Origin: Candidatus Electrothrix sp. GW3-4
Lineage (GTDB): Bacteria; Desulfobacterota; Desulfobulbia; Desulfobulbales; Desulfobulbaceae
Length of the DNA stretch: 32,000 nucleotides
NCBI RefSeq assembly: GCF_037902255.1
Contig: NZ_CP147990.1
Coordinates: 4,410,001-4,442,000 of the forward strand
Direction of reading: 5' to 3'
Part shown: positions 22,301-31,873 of the stretch, one piece after another
How positions within the stretch are numbered: the stretch's first letter is position 1
Layout: each line of letters opens with the position of its first letter
Notes under the pieces: model-generated
What the model saw: only the letters and a program-made list of their open reading frames with translations
The model's database searches: none
What the model was told of the DNA's origin: nothing
Position numbers and translations under genes: made by a program

Positions 22301-23431
22301 TTATGCTACTTGCCGATAAATATGAGTAATCTGTTCAGCACACGCATTCCAAGAAAACTGCTTTGCTCTTAGCCTGCCATATCTTCTTAGCTGGTCAGCT
22401 AATTTTTTATTTGTACACACTTCGTGAATCGCCTCAGCAATTGCAGAAACATCATATGGGTCTACAAGCAAGGCCGCATCTCCGGCGATTTCAGGAAGCG
22501 ATGAAATATTTGATGTCACCACTGGACAGCCTGAAGCCATAGCTTCAAGTAGGGGGAGGCCAAATCCTTCGTAGAGAGATGGGTGAATGTAGAGACTAGC
22601 CATACTATACAACGTATGGAGTTGTTCATCTGAGACATAGCCAAGTAAATGAATACGCTTTCTTAGTTTTTCAGACCCTTCTATTTGATTACTAATTTCT
22701 TTCATATCCCAGCCATCTCCACCAACAAGAAGTAAATGGTGTGGAATAACGTCAATCAATTGTGAAAATGCCTGAATGACACGGGCACCATTTTTGCGCG
22801 GGCTGATTTTTCCTGCCGTAAGGATATAGGGTATATCCGGCTGAGGCATTTCTGTAAGTGAATTGATGCTAGTCAACTCAGGTGCTTCAAGAAAAAGAGG
22901 TGCAATACCCTCATGAACGACATGAATACGTTCTGAAATCTGAGTATCGACATACGATTCCAATTCATCGGCACTGCTTTGGGATACACAGATAAAGGCA
23001 TCCGCTTTGCGAATAGCCTGCTGTAAGCAGCGTTTCATAACCCAAGGATTAGTATTGGAAAAAAATTCTGGATGTGTCAGAGGACCAAGATCATGGATTG
23101 TTACGACATACGGTTTATTTGTCGAAATTGGATACCCGAGGGATACGGCATGGACTACGTCAATTGCCTCAGGCATCCAGCGTTCAAGAGGTGGCCAGTT
23201 GAGAAATGTCCAGCTCACTGATGTACCTACTCGTCCCCATGGCATCAAACGGAGACCGGTCTGACGGATTAATTCTTTTTTCTTATCGTCTGAGTGGTTG
23301 CTCCAAGCGGCAACCGGTGTGATAGAAATATCAGGGTAGGTGTTTAATTCTTTAAAAAGCTGACGCGCATATCGGGCTATGCCATGCCCTTGATTAGTAG
23401 CAAACTGATTAGAAAAGTAGGCGACATTCAT
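22301..23431 (-). CDS. Glycosyltransferase family 4
   Basis: LYEGFGLPLLEAMASGCPVVTSNISSLPEIAGDAALLVDP. Confidence 0.85.
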   Translation of the reverse strand: MNVAYFSNQFATNQGHGIARYARQLFKELNTYPDISITPVAAWSNHSDDKKKELIRQTGLRLMPWGRVGTSVSWTFLNWPPLERWMPEAIDVVHAVSLGYPISTNKPYVVTIHDLGPLTHPEFFSNTNPWVMKRCLQQAIRKADAFICVSQSSADELESYVDTQISERIHVVHEGIAPLFLEAPELTSINSLTEMPQPDIPYILTAGKISPRKNGARVIQAFSQLIDVIPHHLLLVGGDGWDMKEISNQIEGSEKLRKRIHLLGYVSDEQLHTLYSMASLYIHPSLYEGFGLPLLEAMASGCPVVTSNISSLPEIAGDAALLVDPYDVSAIAEAIHEVCTNKKLADQLRRYGRLRAKQFSWNACAEQITHIYRQVA

Positions 23432-23447
23432 AATTTTTTCAAAGCAG

Positions 23448-24440
23448 TTAGTGAGCTTTTATTGAGAAACATGTCTTTCCGAAGATACGATTCCAGACAA
23501 CATGCATGTTTTGCCGGAAGTTTTTTGGGAGAAACATTCCTGCCAATGCTGCGTAAGAATCAAATGCGAATGGCCAGATAACAAGAGAAAGAAAATACAT
23601 TCTGAGTGCTAATTGCTTTGAGATTCCACGATGAAAATAGACCCGTCCACGTCTGCGATACATTGCAGCACGAGCGGCTTGAGAAACTGAAGGTGGAAAT
23701 TTTGCTCGAAGATAAGCGTATTTTTCAAAGATTATCTGATGAGCTGTTATTTCTCTTTGTGGGTTTGAGCGTACCCGTTCTCCTGTATGCTCTCCTTGTT
23801 CAACTAAAATTTCTGGAATAGAGCCTATATGAAAATGTGTAGCCAGACGGATCCACATATCCCAATCCTGCCTGGCCGGGAGTGTGATATCAAACAGCCC
23901 AGTCTTCTTAAAACATTCTTTCCTGACAACCCAGCAAGAAGTTGGCTCCGTGACATCTTGAATTAAAAGTTGTCGCAATAAGTACCCTTCGGGATAGTTT
24001 TTGGGCACAACCTTTGCTCTTTTTTGGGTATTGATATCAAAATGTCGTAATCCACAGTATATGCCTCCAATTGAATGATTCGACCTCAATGCAAGGATTT
24101 GTTTTTCCAATTTTTTGGGCATCCAAAGATCATCGCTATCTAAAAAGGCGATAAATTCCCCTGTTGCCTCTTCAATTCCCCTGTTGCGTGCTGCGTTAGC
24201 TCCTTGATTTTTTTGTTTAATGCACTTTATGGAAAATTCCCCTGTAATATTATATAGCTCTGACCATTTCTGGACAACCTTAACTGTGTCATCTGTAGAT
24301 CCATCATCCACAACGATAATTTCTAATGGACGGAACAACTGGTGACGAATACTTTCCAGAGAAGATAAAATTAATTTTGAACGATTGAATACAGGAACGA
24401 CTACTGTAACCAAAGATTCTTTATTATATTGGTCAGGCAT
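23448..24440 (-). CDS. Glycosyltransferase family 2
   Basis: VTVVVPVFNRS...EIIVVDDGSTDDT and a DSDD motif (FLDSDDLW). Confidence 0.9.
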   Translation of the reverse strand: MPDQYNKESLVTVVVPVFNRSKLILSSLESIRHQLFRPLEIIVVDDGSTDDTVKVVQKWSELYNITGEFSIKCIKQKNQGANAARNRGIEEATGEFIAFLDSDDLWMPKKLEKQILALRSNHSIGGIYCGLRHFDINTQKRAKVVPKNYPEGYLLRQLLIQDVTEPTSCWVVRKECFKKTGLFDITLPARQDWDMWIRLATHFHIGSIPEILVEQGEHTGERVRSNPQREITAHQIIFEKYAYLRAKFPPSVSQAARAAMYRRRGRVYFHRGISKQLALRMYFLSLVIWPFAFDSYAALAGMFLPKNFRQNMHVVWNRIFGKTCFSIKAH

Positions 24441-25320
24441 TTTTTATCTTATTTATATCCTTTATTTTTTCGTGGTATTCTTGCCAGGTTTGTGAAAACA
24501 TTGCTTCTATCTCCTGACGTGATATGTGATGTTGTTGGTCCCAAGCCAATGCATAACTTCGGAAGGTAGCATCTGCTGCATGTAACGCCCATATCAGTCC
24601 AGGAATTCCATCTTGGTAACCGTGCTTGAAGATGAATTGTTTAGCAAATTCGATAAACGGTCGTATGAAAAAAGAGTACCAGTGTATTTTGCATGTTTTT
24701 TTGCTAATTTTATTTGAAAGCTCTGTACAGTAAAGTAGGCTTTTACTCATACGTTTTTCATAACCATCCTCATTAAGATGCCACATTTGTGCGTTGAGCT
24801 GCCCAATGCGCTCTGGAGGTACTTGAACAATGCATTCTTCATGATACATTCCACCAAATTTAAATATATCCCGTCTTGACAAATGGATAAGGTTCCAATC
24901 TTGTAAGCCGCCTCCCCGCATTGGTCGGTGCAGGAAAAAATTCAATCTTCGAAATTTGTAAGCATCTTTTTGTGGTTCTATGATTGCTGCTTTAATTTCG
25001 CAGGCTAGTTCCGGTGTGACTCTTTCATCAATATCCATGTGAAGAAGCCAATCGCTGGTAGAGGCTGCAATCCCTTTATTTCGCTGATCACTAAAATACT
25101 CACCTTCACTGCGTGGAGAAGCAAGAAAGTTAACCTTTGGGCCTCCCTTCATCGCAATTTCAGCTGTCCGGTCGGAAGATCCATCGTCAACAATGACAAT
25201 TTCATTTACCCATGGAAGAAGATGCTCTATAAAAACGGGAAGATTCTGTTCCTCATTATAACTGATAGCTACAACGCCCAGCGTTGGAGAGGTATCGCAT
25301 CTTGTGGAATTCTGCGGCAT
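24433..25320 (-). CDS. Glycosyltransferase family 2
   Basis: LGVVAISYNEEQNL...EIVIVDDGSSDRT and HMDIDE (DxD-like). Overlaps the next gene by 8 nt. Confidence 0.85.
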   Translation of the reverse strand: MPQNSTRCDTSPTLGVVAISYNEEQNLPVFIEHLLPWVNEIVIVDDGSSDRTAEIAMKGGPKVNFLASPRSEGEYFSDQRNKGIAASTSDWLLHMDIDERVTPELACEIKAAIIEPQKDAYKFRRLNFFLHRPMRGGGLQDWNLIHLSRRDIFKFGGMYHEECIVQVPPERIGQLNAQMWHLNEDGYEKRMSKSLLYCTELSNKISKKTCKIHWYSFFIRPFIEFAKQFIFKHGYQDGIPGLIWALHAADATFRSYALAWDQQHHISRQEIEAMFSQTWQEYHEKIKDINKIKNA

Positions 25321-25324
25321 GCTC

Positions 25325-26251
25325 TTATTTATTTTGTATAGTTAAAAAAATGGGTTTAACTAATCTGGAATACAATCTGGCCGTCATTAACTTCATCGTT
25401 TTTTGCGTTGTGCCGATAATTCGTTCATATGTTGCCGGGCCCGGTTTGGGAGGGTTATACATCTCCTCTTCTCCGTAGCCAAAATGCTCGGCAAATCGCA
25501 TTACACTTTCATGGAGCTGTAGTGTAAAAGTTGGATCATCTCTCCATAGAGCAACTGACTGTGCATGAACGTTTTCCCCTATCTCTTTGCACGGCTCAAC
25601 GCCCAAGTACTCGCAAACTTTTTGAAAAGTCTGTTTGGGCTGAGTAATCAGATCTTCATAACGAAGCATATGAAACCGCTCGCACCCAACTATATCACGC
25701 ATTGCTAAAATGTTACGATAGCTCTGTGCCCACCCAAACTGACGTTCGTCGGGGTTGGTTGAAAAAAGCTTGTGCGCGGAGTACATAACGGACATGGGAT
25801 TTCGGACTAATCCAATCAGGCGTACATCAAATTCAGTTCGTTGCATCCATTTCAGGATTAAGTCTAAGGCTGCCCATTGAGCAGGGTACTGCGGTGATTT
25901 TTCAAAAAATACAGGATTCGCAAGAGTACGACATAAGGCTTCCCATCCCTCAAATACAAGTGATTCATCATTATCAGGGATGGCAAAATCCGGGACATTG
26001 CCGCGAATAGTGTCAATAAGGTATTGCCTTGCTCCTGTCCGAGAGCCGTAGCCCTTGTATATCTTATGCCCGTAAAATAGTTGTTTAGGCGTGTTAAGGA
26101 TGCAAGCCGCTTTCAACCAATGATGGGTTTCGAAATACGTATGTGAGGAATAGGTAACATGGTTCACCTTTGGATGCTTACATAATTCTTTTTCGAATAT
26201 AGTGGAGCCTGAACGTTTGTCGGACAGAAGAATAACTACAAGTGGCTTCAT
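25325..26251 (-). CDS. Sulfotransferase (PAPS-dependent family, Sulfotransfer_3-like)
   Basis: 5'-PSB loop LSDKRSGSTIF, 3'-PB segment LVRNPMSVMYS, and the C-terminal LRYEDLITQPKQTFQKVCEYLGV pattern typical of sulfotransferases. Confidence 0.8.
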   Translation of the reverse strand: MKPLVVILLSDKRSGSTIFEKELCKHPKVNHVTYSSHTYFETHHWLKAACILNTPKQLFYGHKIYKGYGSRTGARQYLIDTIRGNVPDFAIPDNDESLVFEGWEALCRTLANPVFFEKSPQYPAQWAALDLILKWMQRTEFDVRLIGLVRNPMSVMYSAHKLFSTNPDERQFGWAQSYRNILAMRDIVGCERFHMLRYEDLITQPKQTFQKVCEYLGVEPCKEIGENVHAQSVALWRDDPTFTLQLHESVMRFAEHFGYGEEEMYNPPKPGPATYERIIGTTQKTMKLMTARLYSRLVKPIFLTIQNK

Positions 26252-27675
26252 TATTGATTTTCCTCATCTGTCTGTTCCGTAAATATTCTGTCACAAGCCA
26301 TCATAAGGCCGTAAAACAAGAACATATGCATTGATCCGCGTGTGTCAGAAACAACAGCATGACCGGGTAGCCACCACATCAATAAACCGATCCAGTTCAG
26401 CAGAAAAGCCTGCCAAGTGATTTTATAATAAGGCATCTCAGGTGGAGGGGGCTTTCTTAAACGATCCAAAATGAATCGGAGCCCTGTTAATATAAGAAAT
26501 ACGTGAAGGATTGCGGCGATCATTCCGTAACAATAATAAGCCATCGCGAATGCCGAATGCTTCGACAGGCCTGCAAGATCACGCAATTCAGCTCCAATAT
26601 CTCCATGAGAACGCATTTTTGAACCGGATCGACCTGTACCAAGAAACAGCCAGAGTGGATTATCTGACAGGTGCGAAAGCGGCTGGGTATATGACAGAAT
26701 GCGAATGTTCAGGTTGGACTCTTCACTAGGATTTTCAAGTGCCTGATTTGTTTTGTTCACCACTCTTGATACCATGAGTGCTTCCGAGTCCCAACCAACC
26801 CAAGAGACAGTAATAGCTAATCCTATGAGCATAAGCAAGGTGTTACGTCGACTTCCGGCAAACCCAAAGAACAGGGCTATTCCACTGATAACAATAACGG
26901 TCAGCCAGGCCGCACGACCGTATGTCATCAATATTGCTACCGGAGTCACAATGGATGCGAGCTGAGCCAACATTTTCCATTTTCCGTAGATTCCAGGCCA
27001 CTTTGCAGCCAGAAAACTGTAGCCCCAAGCAATTCCCAAAACACCAGTGGTAAAGGTTGAGACACCAAGTAGTGAATATCCCCGTGCAGCTCCATCTACA
27101 CCTGCTAATTGTAACGTCCTCCGTGCCAAACTTTCAGCAGCAGGAACCAGGAAATCATAGGAAAGAATTGTTTTCATCACAAACGGTCGAGTGAAGGGGA
27201 GGGAATACATAATGGTGACCGCAGATGCGCAGAGCATTCCTGCTGTCAGTGCTTTCAGCACCATGGCTACGGATTCCGTGTCTTTTACTACTCTGGGAAC
27301 AAGAAAGAATAAGGCAAGCGAGAGGGTGAATTCTCCCATCATGTAGATGGGCTCAAAAACTGACCCGTAAATGAGTATGGCGTGCAGTTCCCCGAGATAG
27401 ATAAAGAACAGATACAAAGAAACCAGACCGGCCAAGGGCCTGAGCGGCTTTATTCTTGGCATCTGTGTTGCTTTCAGGAGAAGGAGAAAGAGCAGAACAT
27501 TATGAAAGTATAAAGGAATAGGTCCGACTGTGGCTCGTAACTTGGGTGCAGCCAAGATAAAAAAGGCAAACACAACGAGCCAGCGAGCAGATTTGCTTTT
27601 CCTCGGCACAGCAGGCTCTGCTAATGCATAGTCGGTTCGTATGTCGCTCATTGGAGCCTCAGCAGCATTATTCAT
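26251..27675 (-). CDS. Polytopic membrane protein, O-antigen polymerase/ligase-like (Wzy_C-type)
   Basis: At least 10 hydrophobic segments. A periplasmic-loop-like polar region (SRVVNKTNQALENPSEESNLN...GTGRSGSKMRSHGD) precedes the final TMs. Located inside the glycan operon. Its stop and the next start overlap as TAATG. Confidence 0.6.
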   Translation of the reverse strand: MNNAAEAPMSDIRTDYALAEPAVPRKSKSARWLVVFAFFILAAPKLRATVGPIPLYFHNVLLFLLLLKATQMPRIKPLRPLAGLVSLYLFFIYLGELHAILIYGSVFEPIYMMGEFTLSLALFFLVPRVVKDTESVAMVLKALTAGMLCASAVTIMYSLPFTRPFVMKTILSYDFLVPAAESLARRTLQLAGVDGAARGYSLLGVSTFTTGVLGIAWGYSFLAAKWPGIYGKWKMLAQLASIVTPVAILMTYGRAAWLTVIVISGIALFFGFAGSRRNTLLMLIGLAITVSWVGWDSEALMVSRVVNKTNQALENPSEESNLNIRILSYTQPLSHLSDNPLWLFLGTGRSGSKMRSHGDIGAELRDLAGLSKHSAFAMAYYCYGMIAAILHVFLILTGLRFILDRLRKPPPPEMPYYKITWQAFLLNWIGLLMWWLPGHAVVSDTRGSMHMFLFYGLMMACDRIFTEQTDEENQ

Positions 27676-28918
27676 AATAATGATCTGACAGACCGGTATA
27701 AAATAATCCGTTTTTGACTATACGCTTCACAGGTTCTGGTAGAAGAGATTTCCAGTTATTGCGCTGTACAAATGCGGGATCAGGTTGAAATGCAGACCAA
27801 GGTAATGGAGTCCATGACAGTGGAGGAGAGTTCATAACTTCTTTAAATACTCCGGCATAGTCTTTAGCAGCCTTTTCTTGAGAAAAACGTTTCCGAGCAT
27901 CAGCTGAAGCAGCGACCGACATTTGGCGTAATCGGTCTCGGTTGGAGGACAGCTCGGCAATACTTGTAGCAAAGGCTTCACAATCTCCCATGGGACAGAC
28001 AAATCCAGTAATACCGTTTTTTACAATAAAATCAGTGGTACCTTTAATAAGAAATGTTACTGGAACACATCCAGCCATCATTCCCTCCAGTAAGGCATTT
28101 GGACAACCTTCGAACTGAGAAGGGAAGAGAAAAATATCCGTTTCTCCTAAAAAATCTAAGACGCTATCTGGTGAAAGAGCTCCTTCAAATACGACACGTC
28201 CTTTTTTGATAGAAGAGGCAAGTTTTCGTTCCAAATTTTTTTTATGGATTCCTTTGCCAGCTATACGAAGTTTAAAGTCTATCTCTCGTTTTTCAAGATG
28301 TTGTATGATTTCCGGTAAGAATAATACTCCCTTCTGATTATGCTCAAGCCGGCCTAGAAATCCTAAACGTAGCGTTTTCTCCTGTCCTCGCGGAGATTGA
28401 GAAATTCCTTGAAAGCGGTCTGGTCCAATGCCGTTAGGAATGAGGGTGATTTTATTTTCTTCTGCTCCGTAATGATTGATCAAATCTGATTTTAAACGAG
28501 GAGTAAGTGCAATGATACGTGCCAGCCGCTCGTAACATGACAGAGTGATTTTATAACCATGATCAAAGCCATTAGCACAGCGGGAGAGTACCCTAATATG
28601 TTCGGGTAAATGTGGCAATGCTGACAATATCGGTTGTGAATTAATGCCTATAACAATATCAATCTGATGGTCAATACACCATTCACTAAAGGCTATAGCT
28701 TGTGCCTTAACAGAGGTTTCATCTTTTGCCAACAAAACACATCCGTCGTCAGCAAACGTTTTATCCCACAAATCAGCATCGTGTTTTCCTGTCGAAATAC
28801 AACGTAAATCAATACCATATTTTAACAGCGCAGGACGGAGGTTACGATAAAATGTAAAGGTCCCACCATCCTTGGGAATGGAGCCGAAGGCGATCAGCAT
28901 AGCCTTGTTTTTTTCCAT
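27668..28918 (-). CDS. Glycosyltransferase family 4
   Basis: QFEGCPNALLEGMMAGCVPVTFLIKGTTDFIVKNGITGFV. Confidence 0.85.
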   Translation of the reverse strand: MEKNKAMLIAFGSIPKDGGTFTFYRNLRPALLKYGIDLRCISTGKHDADLWDKTFADDGCVLLAKDETSVKAQAIAFSEWCIDHQIDIVIGINSQPILSALPHLPEHIRVLSRCANGFDHGYKITLSCYERLARIIALTPRLKSDLINHYGAEENKITLIPNGIGPDRFQGISQSPRGQEKTLRLGFLGRLEHNQKGVLFLPEIIQHLEKREIDFKLRIAGKGIHKKNLERKLASSIKKGRVVFEGALSPDSVLDFLGETDIFLFPSQFEGCPNALLEGMMAGCVPVTFLIKGTTDFIVKNGITGFVCPMGDCEAFATSIAELSSNRDRLRQMSVAASADARKRFSQEKAAKDYAGVFKEVMNSPPLSWTPLPWSAFQPDPAFVQRNNWKSLLPEPVKRIVKNGLFYTGLSDHYYE

Positions 28919-29850
28919 GCCGACAAATCCCTTGAGATCATTTCTTCTAAACGATCTATCTCATCTTTGTAAATATCATGCAGTATGATACTGACCTCAT
29001 TGCTCATTTTTTCTCTCTTGAGAAAAAACTTGTATGCATAATACCTCAACTTAATGCGTGTTGAGTGAGGCATTATTCTCTTTAAGTTTCTTTTGACAAA
29101 ATTATCTGTATTGAGCCCTTTCATAATTTTGCTGGAAATTGGCTTACCAGATGCTTGGGCATGGATAGGCACTGGTTGAAAGGCCATATCAACCCCAAGC
29201 CATGAGTAAAGTTTTCGACAAAACTCTGCAGGATCACCTACCATATCTTCAAAAAGAAAAATTTTAACATTTTCAACTCCAAAAAACTCAATCCAGGGGA
29301 TTATTTGTTTTGAATAAAAGCCTTTATTGAGACGACTAATAGGTGCGGCATTCCATATATTCTTCTCCTTGTTCCATACAATTGCCTTTGATATAAAATT
29401 GTCAAAAGTTATGCTAACTTTTGAATCCCGCACATACAACATATATTCAGAATAGATTCTCTCTATTGGATTACGTAAACAAATAATTATTTTCGAATTT
29501 GGATTGTATTCATGGATTAGCTGGGCTGTGGCAGGATGGTGTAAATAATGGGAGGCTTCTCCAACATACTGATGCTCTTCAACTTTATTAAAAAGCGACT
29601 GGTACGCTTCTGCTGTCCGATATTTTCCGGAATTGATGCTAGCAGTCAGGCACTTATATTCTTCCGTTGATAAATCATTCTCATTTACAAGTCTTCTTCT
29701 GCAAAACTCCGCATGAAAATAGTACGGCTCTTTTATCGGCGACATATAGATTTCAGGATGCTGGTCCAAAAAATGATAAATAGACGTGGAACCAGCTCGC
29801 ATTGCGCCGATTGAAAATAAGTTGACTTTCAAAATACCGTTCCCTTTCAA
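28894..29850 (-). CDS. Sulfotransferase (Sulfotransfer_1-like, carbohydrate-sulfotransferase type)
   Basis: 5'-PSB FSIGAMRAGSTSIYHFL, 3'-PB ICLRNPIERIYSEY, and LFEDMVGDPAEFCRKLYSWLGV. The start is TTG at 29850. A second in-frame TTG at 29832, with AAGGG upstream, is an alternative. Confidence 0.85.
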   Translation of the reverse strand: MKGNGILKVNLFSIGAMRAGSTSIYHFLDQHPEIYMSPIKEPYYFHAEFCRRRLVNENDLSTEEYKCLTASINSGKYRTAEAYQSLFNKVEEHQYVGEASHYLHHPATAQLIHEYNPNSKIIICLRNPIERIYSEYMLYVRDSKVSITFDNFISKAIVWNKEKNIWNAAPISRLNKGFYSKQIIPWIEFFGVENVKIFLFEDMVGDPAEFCRKLYSWLGVDMAFQPVPIHAQASGKPISSKIMKGLNTDNFVKRNLKRIMPHSTRIKLRYYAYKFFLKREKMSNEVSIILHDIYKDEIDRLEEMISRDLSAWKKTRLC

Positions 29851-29907
29851 ATCCAGAGTTTATTGTTTTTCTTTTTGAGCTTTGGGCAAATACTGTTTGA
29901 AAAAGCA

Positions 29908-30030
29908 TTACCCCAAAAAAATTGCCACTGAGCCGATATAGGCATTATCGCCGACCACAGTCCCCGTAGCAATATTGACACGAAAATGAATCTTGGCGGA
30001 GTCATCCCAGACAAATCTTTTCTTAATCAA
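29908..30030 (-). pseudogene. Possible remnant of a hexapeptide-repeat acetyltransferase
   Basis: The 41-codon frame (40 aa plus stop) reads LIKKRFVWDDSAKIHFRVNIATGTVVGDNAYIGSVAIFLG*. It shows about 4 consecutive [LIV]-x-x-G-like hexads and then stops prematurely. It lies in the only long (203-bp) gap of the operon. Confidence 0.3.
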
Positions 30031-30053
30031 TACGTTCCATTTACTTTCTTGTC

Positions 30054-31079
30054 TTATTCCGGGATGTTCATCTTTATTATCTCCAACAGGAATTCCGCCG
30101 CCTTTGCGATGTCATAATCCGTCACCACCTTTTCCTTTCCTTTCTGGCCCATGGTCTTTAGCAGTTCTTCCTGCGCCACAAGCCGGTAGATGAATTCATT
30201 CCAATCCTTTTCCGCCCCGGCCAAAAAACCTTGTTTGCCGTGCTCAATTATGTTGCTCAACACCCCCACAGGGCTGGCGATCACCGGGATGCCCATTGCC
30301 ATGTATTCCAGGGCTTTAAATCCACATTTTTTTTCATTAAACGCATTGGGTAGAACCGGATATAGCCCGATATCAAAGTCCGCAAGCTGGTTTCTAACCG
30401 CCTCAGAATCCCCCCAAGGGATTTGGTCGATAAGTTCCGCTTCAACTCCGGCAATATTGGAGAACGCATTATAGAGCCGTCTATCCCCGCATGCGCCAAC
30501 CAGTTTGAACCGCACCTGAAGGGTTGCCCCGGTCTGCTGAAGCGGCCCGGAAAGAATTGTAATCAGATCCTCGGCATAATGGGGACCATTTCCGATCCAG
30601 CCTAAACAAACAGGCCTTCCCGGTGCTTTTTTCTCCAGTGGGGCATAATTTTCCAGTTTCACGCAGGTTGGCAGATAAAACGTATTTTCATTATATTCTT
30701 TGGCATATTCCAACAAGGATTGGCTGCCAGCCATGACTGCTGATGCGTTTGACATCATTTTTCCGGCGTTTTTTAAAGTTACCGGACTGTTGATCCGGGA
30801 CGGAGCATCATCCAGATCAAAAATGGTGATTTTGCCGAGACTGTTGGCCAGACCCATCAGCCGGACATGCCATTTGGAAGCATTTTTCTGGAAAAAAATC
30901 ACATCATGGATCGGTATTTTTTTTAGGATTTTCAGCAGTGCCTGTCGCCCGCCTCCGGCAACTATGGTGCATTTAATGCCCCGCTTTTCCAGCTCTTCGG
31001 CCATCCAGTACCCCCGCACTCGGGAGCTGGCCTTGGTCCGGTCGCCCAGCAGACAGAAGAGGATTTTTAATTGCGGCAT
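30054..31079 (-). CDS. Glycosyltransferase, GT-B fold (GT1/GT4-like)
   Basis: C-terminal donor-binding region FNEKKCGFKALEYMAMGIPVIASPVGVLSNIIEHGKQGFL. Confidence 0.8.
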   Translation of the reverse strand: MPQLKILFCLLGDRTKASSRVRGYWMAEELEKRGIKCTIVAGGGRQALLKILKKIPIHDVIFFQKNASKWHVRLMGLANSLGKITIFDLDDAPSRINSPVTLKNAGKMMSNASAVMAGSQSLLEYAKEYNENTFYLPTCVKLENYAPLEKKAPGRPVCLGWIGNGPHYAEDLITILSGPLQQTGATLQVRFKLVGACGDRRLYNAFSNIAGVEAELIDQIPWGDSEAVRNQLADFDIGLYPVLPNAFNEKKCGFKALEYMAMGIPVIASPVGVLSNIIEHGKQGFLAGAEKDWNEFIYRLVAQEELLKTMGQKGKEKVVTDYDIAKAAEFLLEIIKMNIPE

Positions 31080-31837
31080 CTTGTTATTCTCTCACCGCAT
31101 AATTCTGAAAGAATTTCATCATTTGAAAACGCCTCATGTCGCTTGTGGCCAAGGAAATACAATGCAGACGCCCCCCCCAGTGCTCCCTCTTTTGAAATCA
31201 GGAAATAATCAAAATATTTTATCCAGAATCCGGAAAACAGTGCCAAGCGCAGCAAAAGCGCCTTTACATATTTACGATCTGAAAATGAAGACAAAAAAGA
31301 AACCCAAGCCCAGAACAAGGCAGTTGCGGGCCCAGCAATGGGGCCGCTTTCAACTTCATCAAACTCACGGAAAAGAAGTCGGTGCCCCAAAAAAGTGAAT
31401 CGCTGGAAGTCATAGGGAAATTCATGTACCTGCTGCAAAAAAGGAGTTTCTGCGTAGATATAGCCTTTTTCCCTCAGCACCCGGCTCATTTCACTGACGC
31501 ACTGAATCGGATCAAATACATGCTCCAGCACCGCCTGAACCACGACCGCGTCAAAACAGCCATCCGGGAATGGCAGCGCATGGGCGTCGCATAGCATTTG
31601 CACGCGAGGGCCATGTTGAATATCAGTTTCCACCGCTTCAATCCCCGCAGTGCCTAAAAGTTCACTCATGCCAGCGCCCAATTTCCGGCCGCCGACCACA
31701 AGCACCTGCGGGCGGTTATAATCTTGCGTCAGCCTGCTGGCAAGGAGACGATAATTGTTGACCGAACGCAGATTTAGGGATCGTGAAGGCGTACATGCTG
31801 CTAAGCATTTTTTTATGAATATTTTCATATCTGTCAT
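31067..31837 (-). CDS. Class I SAM-dependent methyltransferase
   Basis: Motif I-like VLVVGGRKLGAG, followed by LPFPDGCFDAVVVQAVLEHV (Methyltransf_11-type). AAGGA lies 7 nt upstream of the ATG. Overlaps the next gene by 13 nt. Confidence 0.8.
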   Translation of the reverse strand: MTDMKIFIKKCLAACTPSRSLNLRSVNNYRLLASRLTQDYNRPQVLVVGGRKLGAGMSELLGTAGIEAVETDIQHGPRVQMLCDAHALPFPDGCFDAVVVQAVLEHVFDPIQCVSEMSRVLREKGYIYAETPFLQQVHEFPYDFQRFTFLGHRLLFREFDEVESGPIAGPATALFWAWVSFLSSFSDRKYVKALLLRLALFSGFWIKYFDYFLISKEGALGGASALYFLGHKRHEAFSNDEILSELCGERITRCRN

Positions 31838-31873
31838 CGAAATTTCCTTGAGACCTTCCCGTGCCAGATGATA

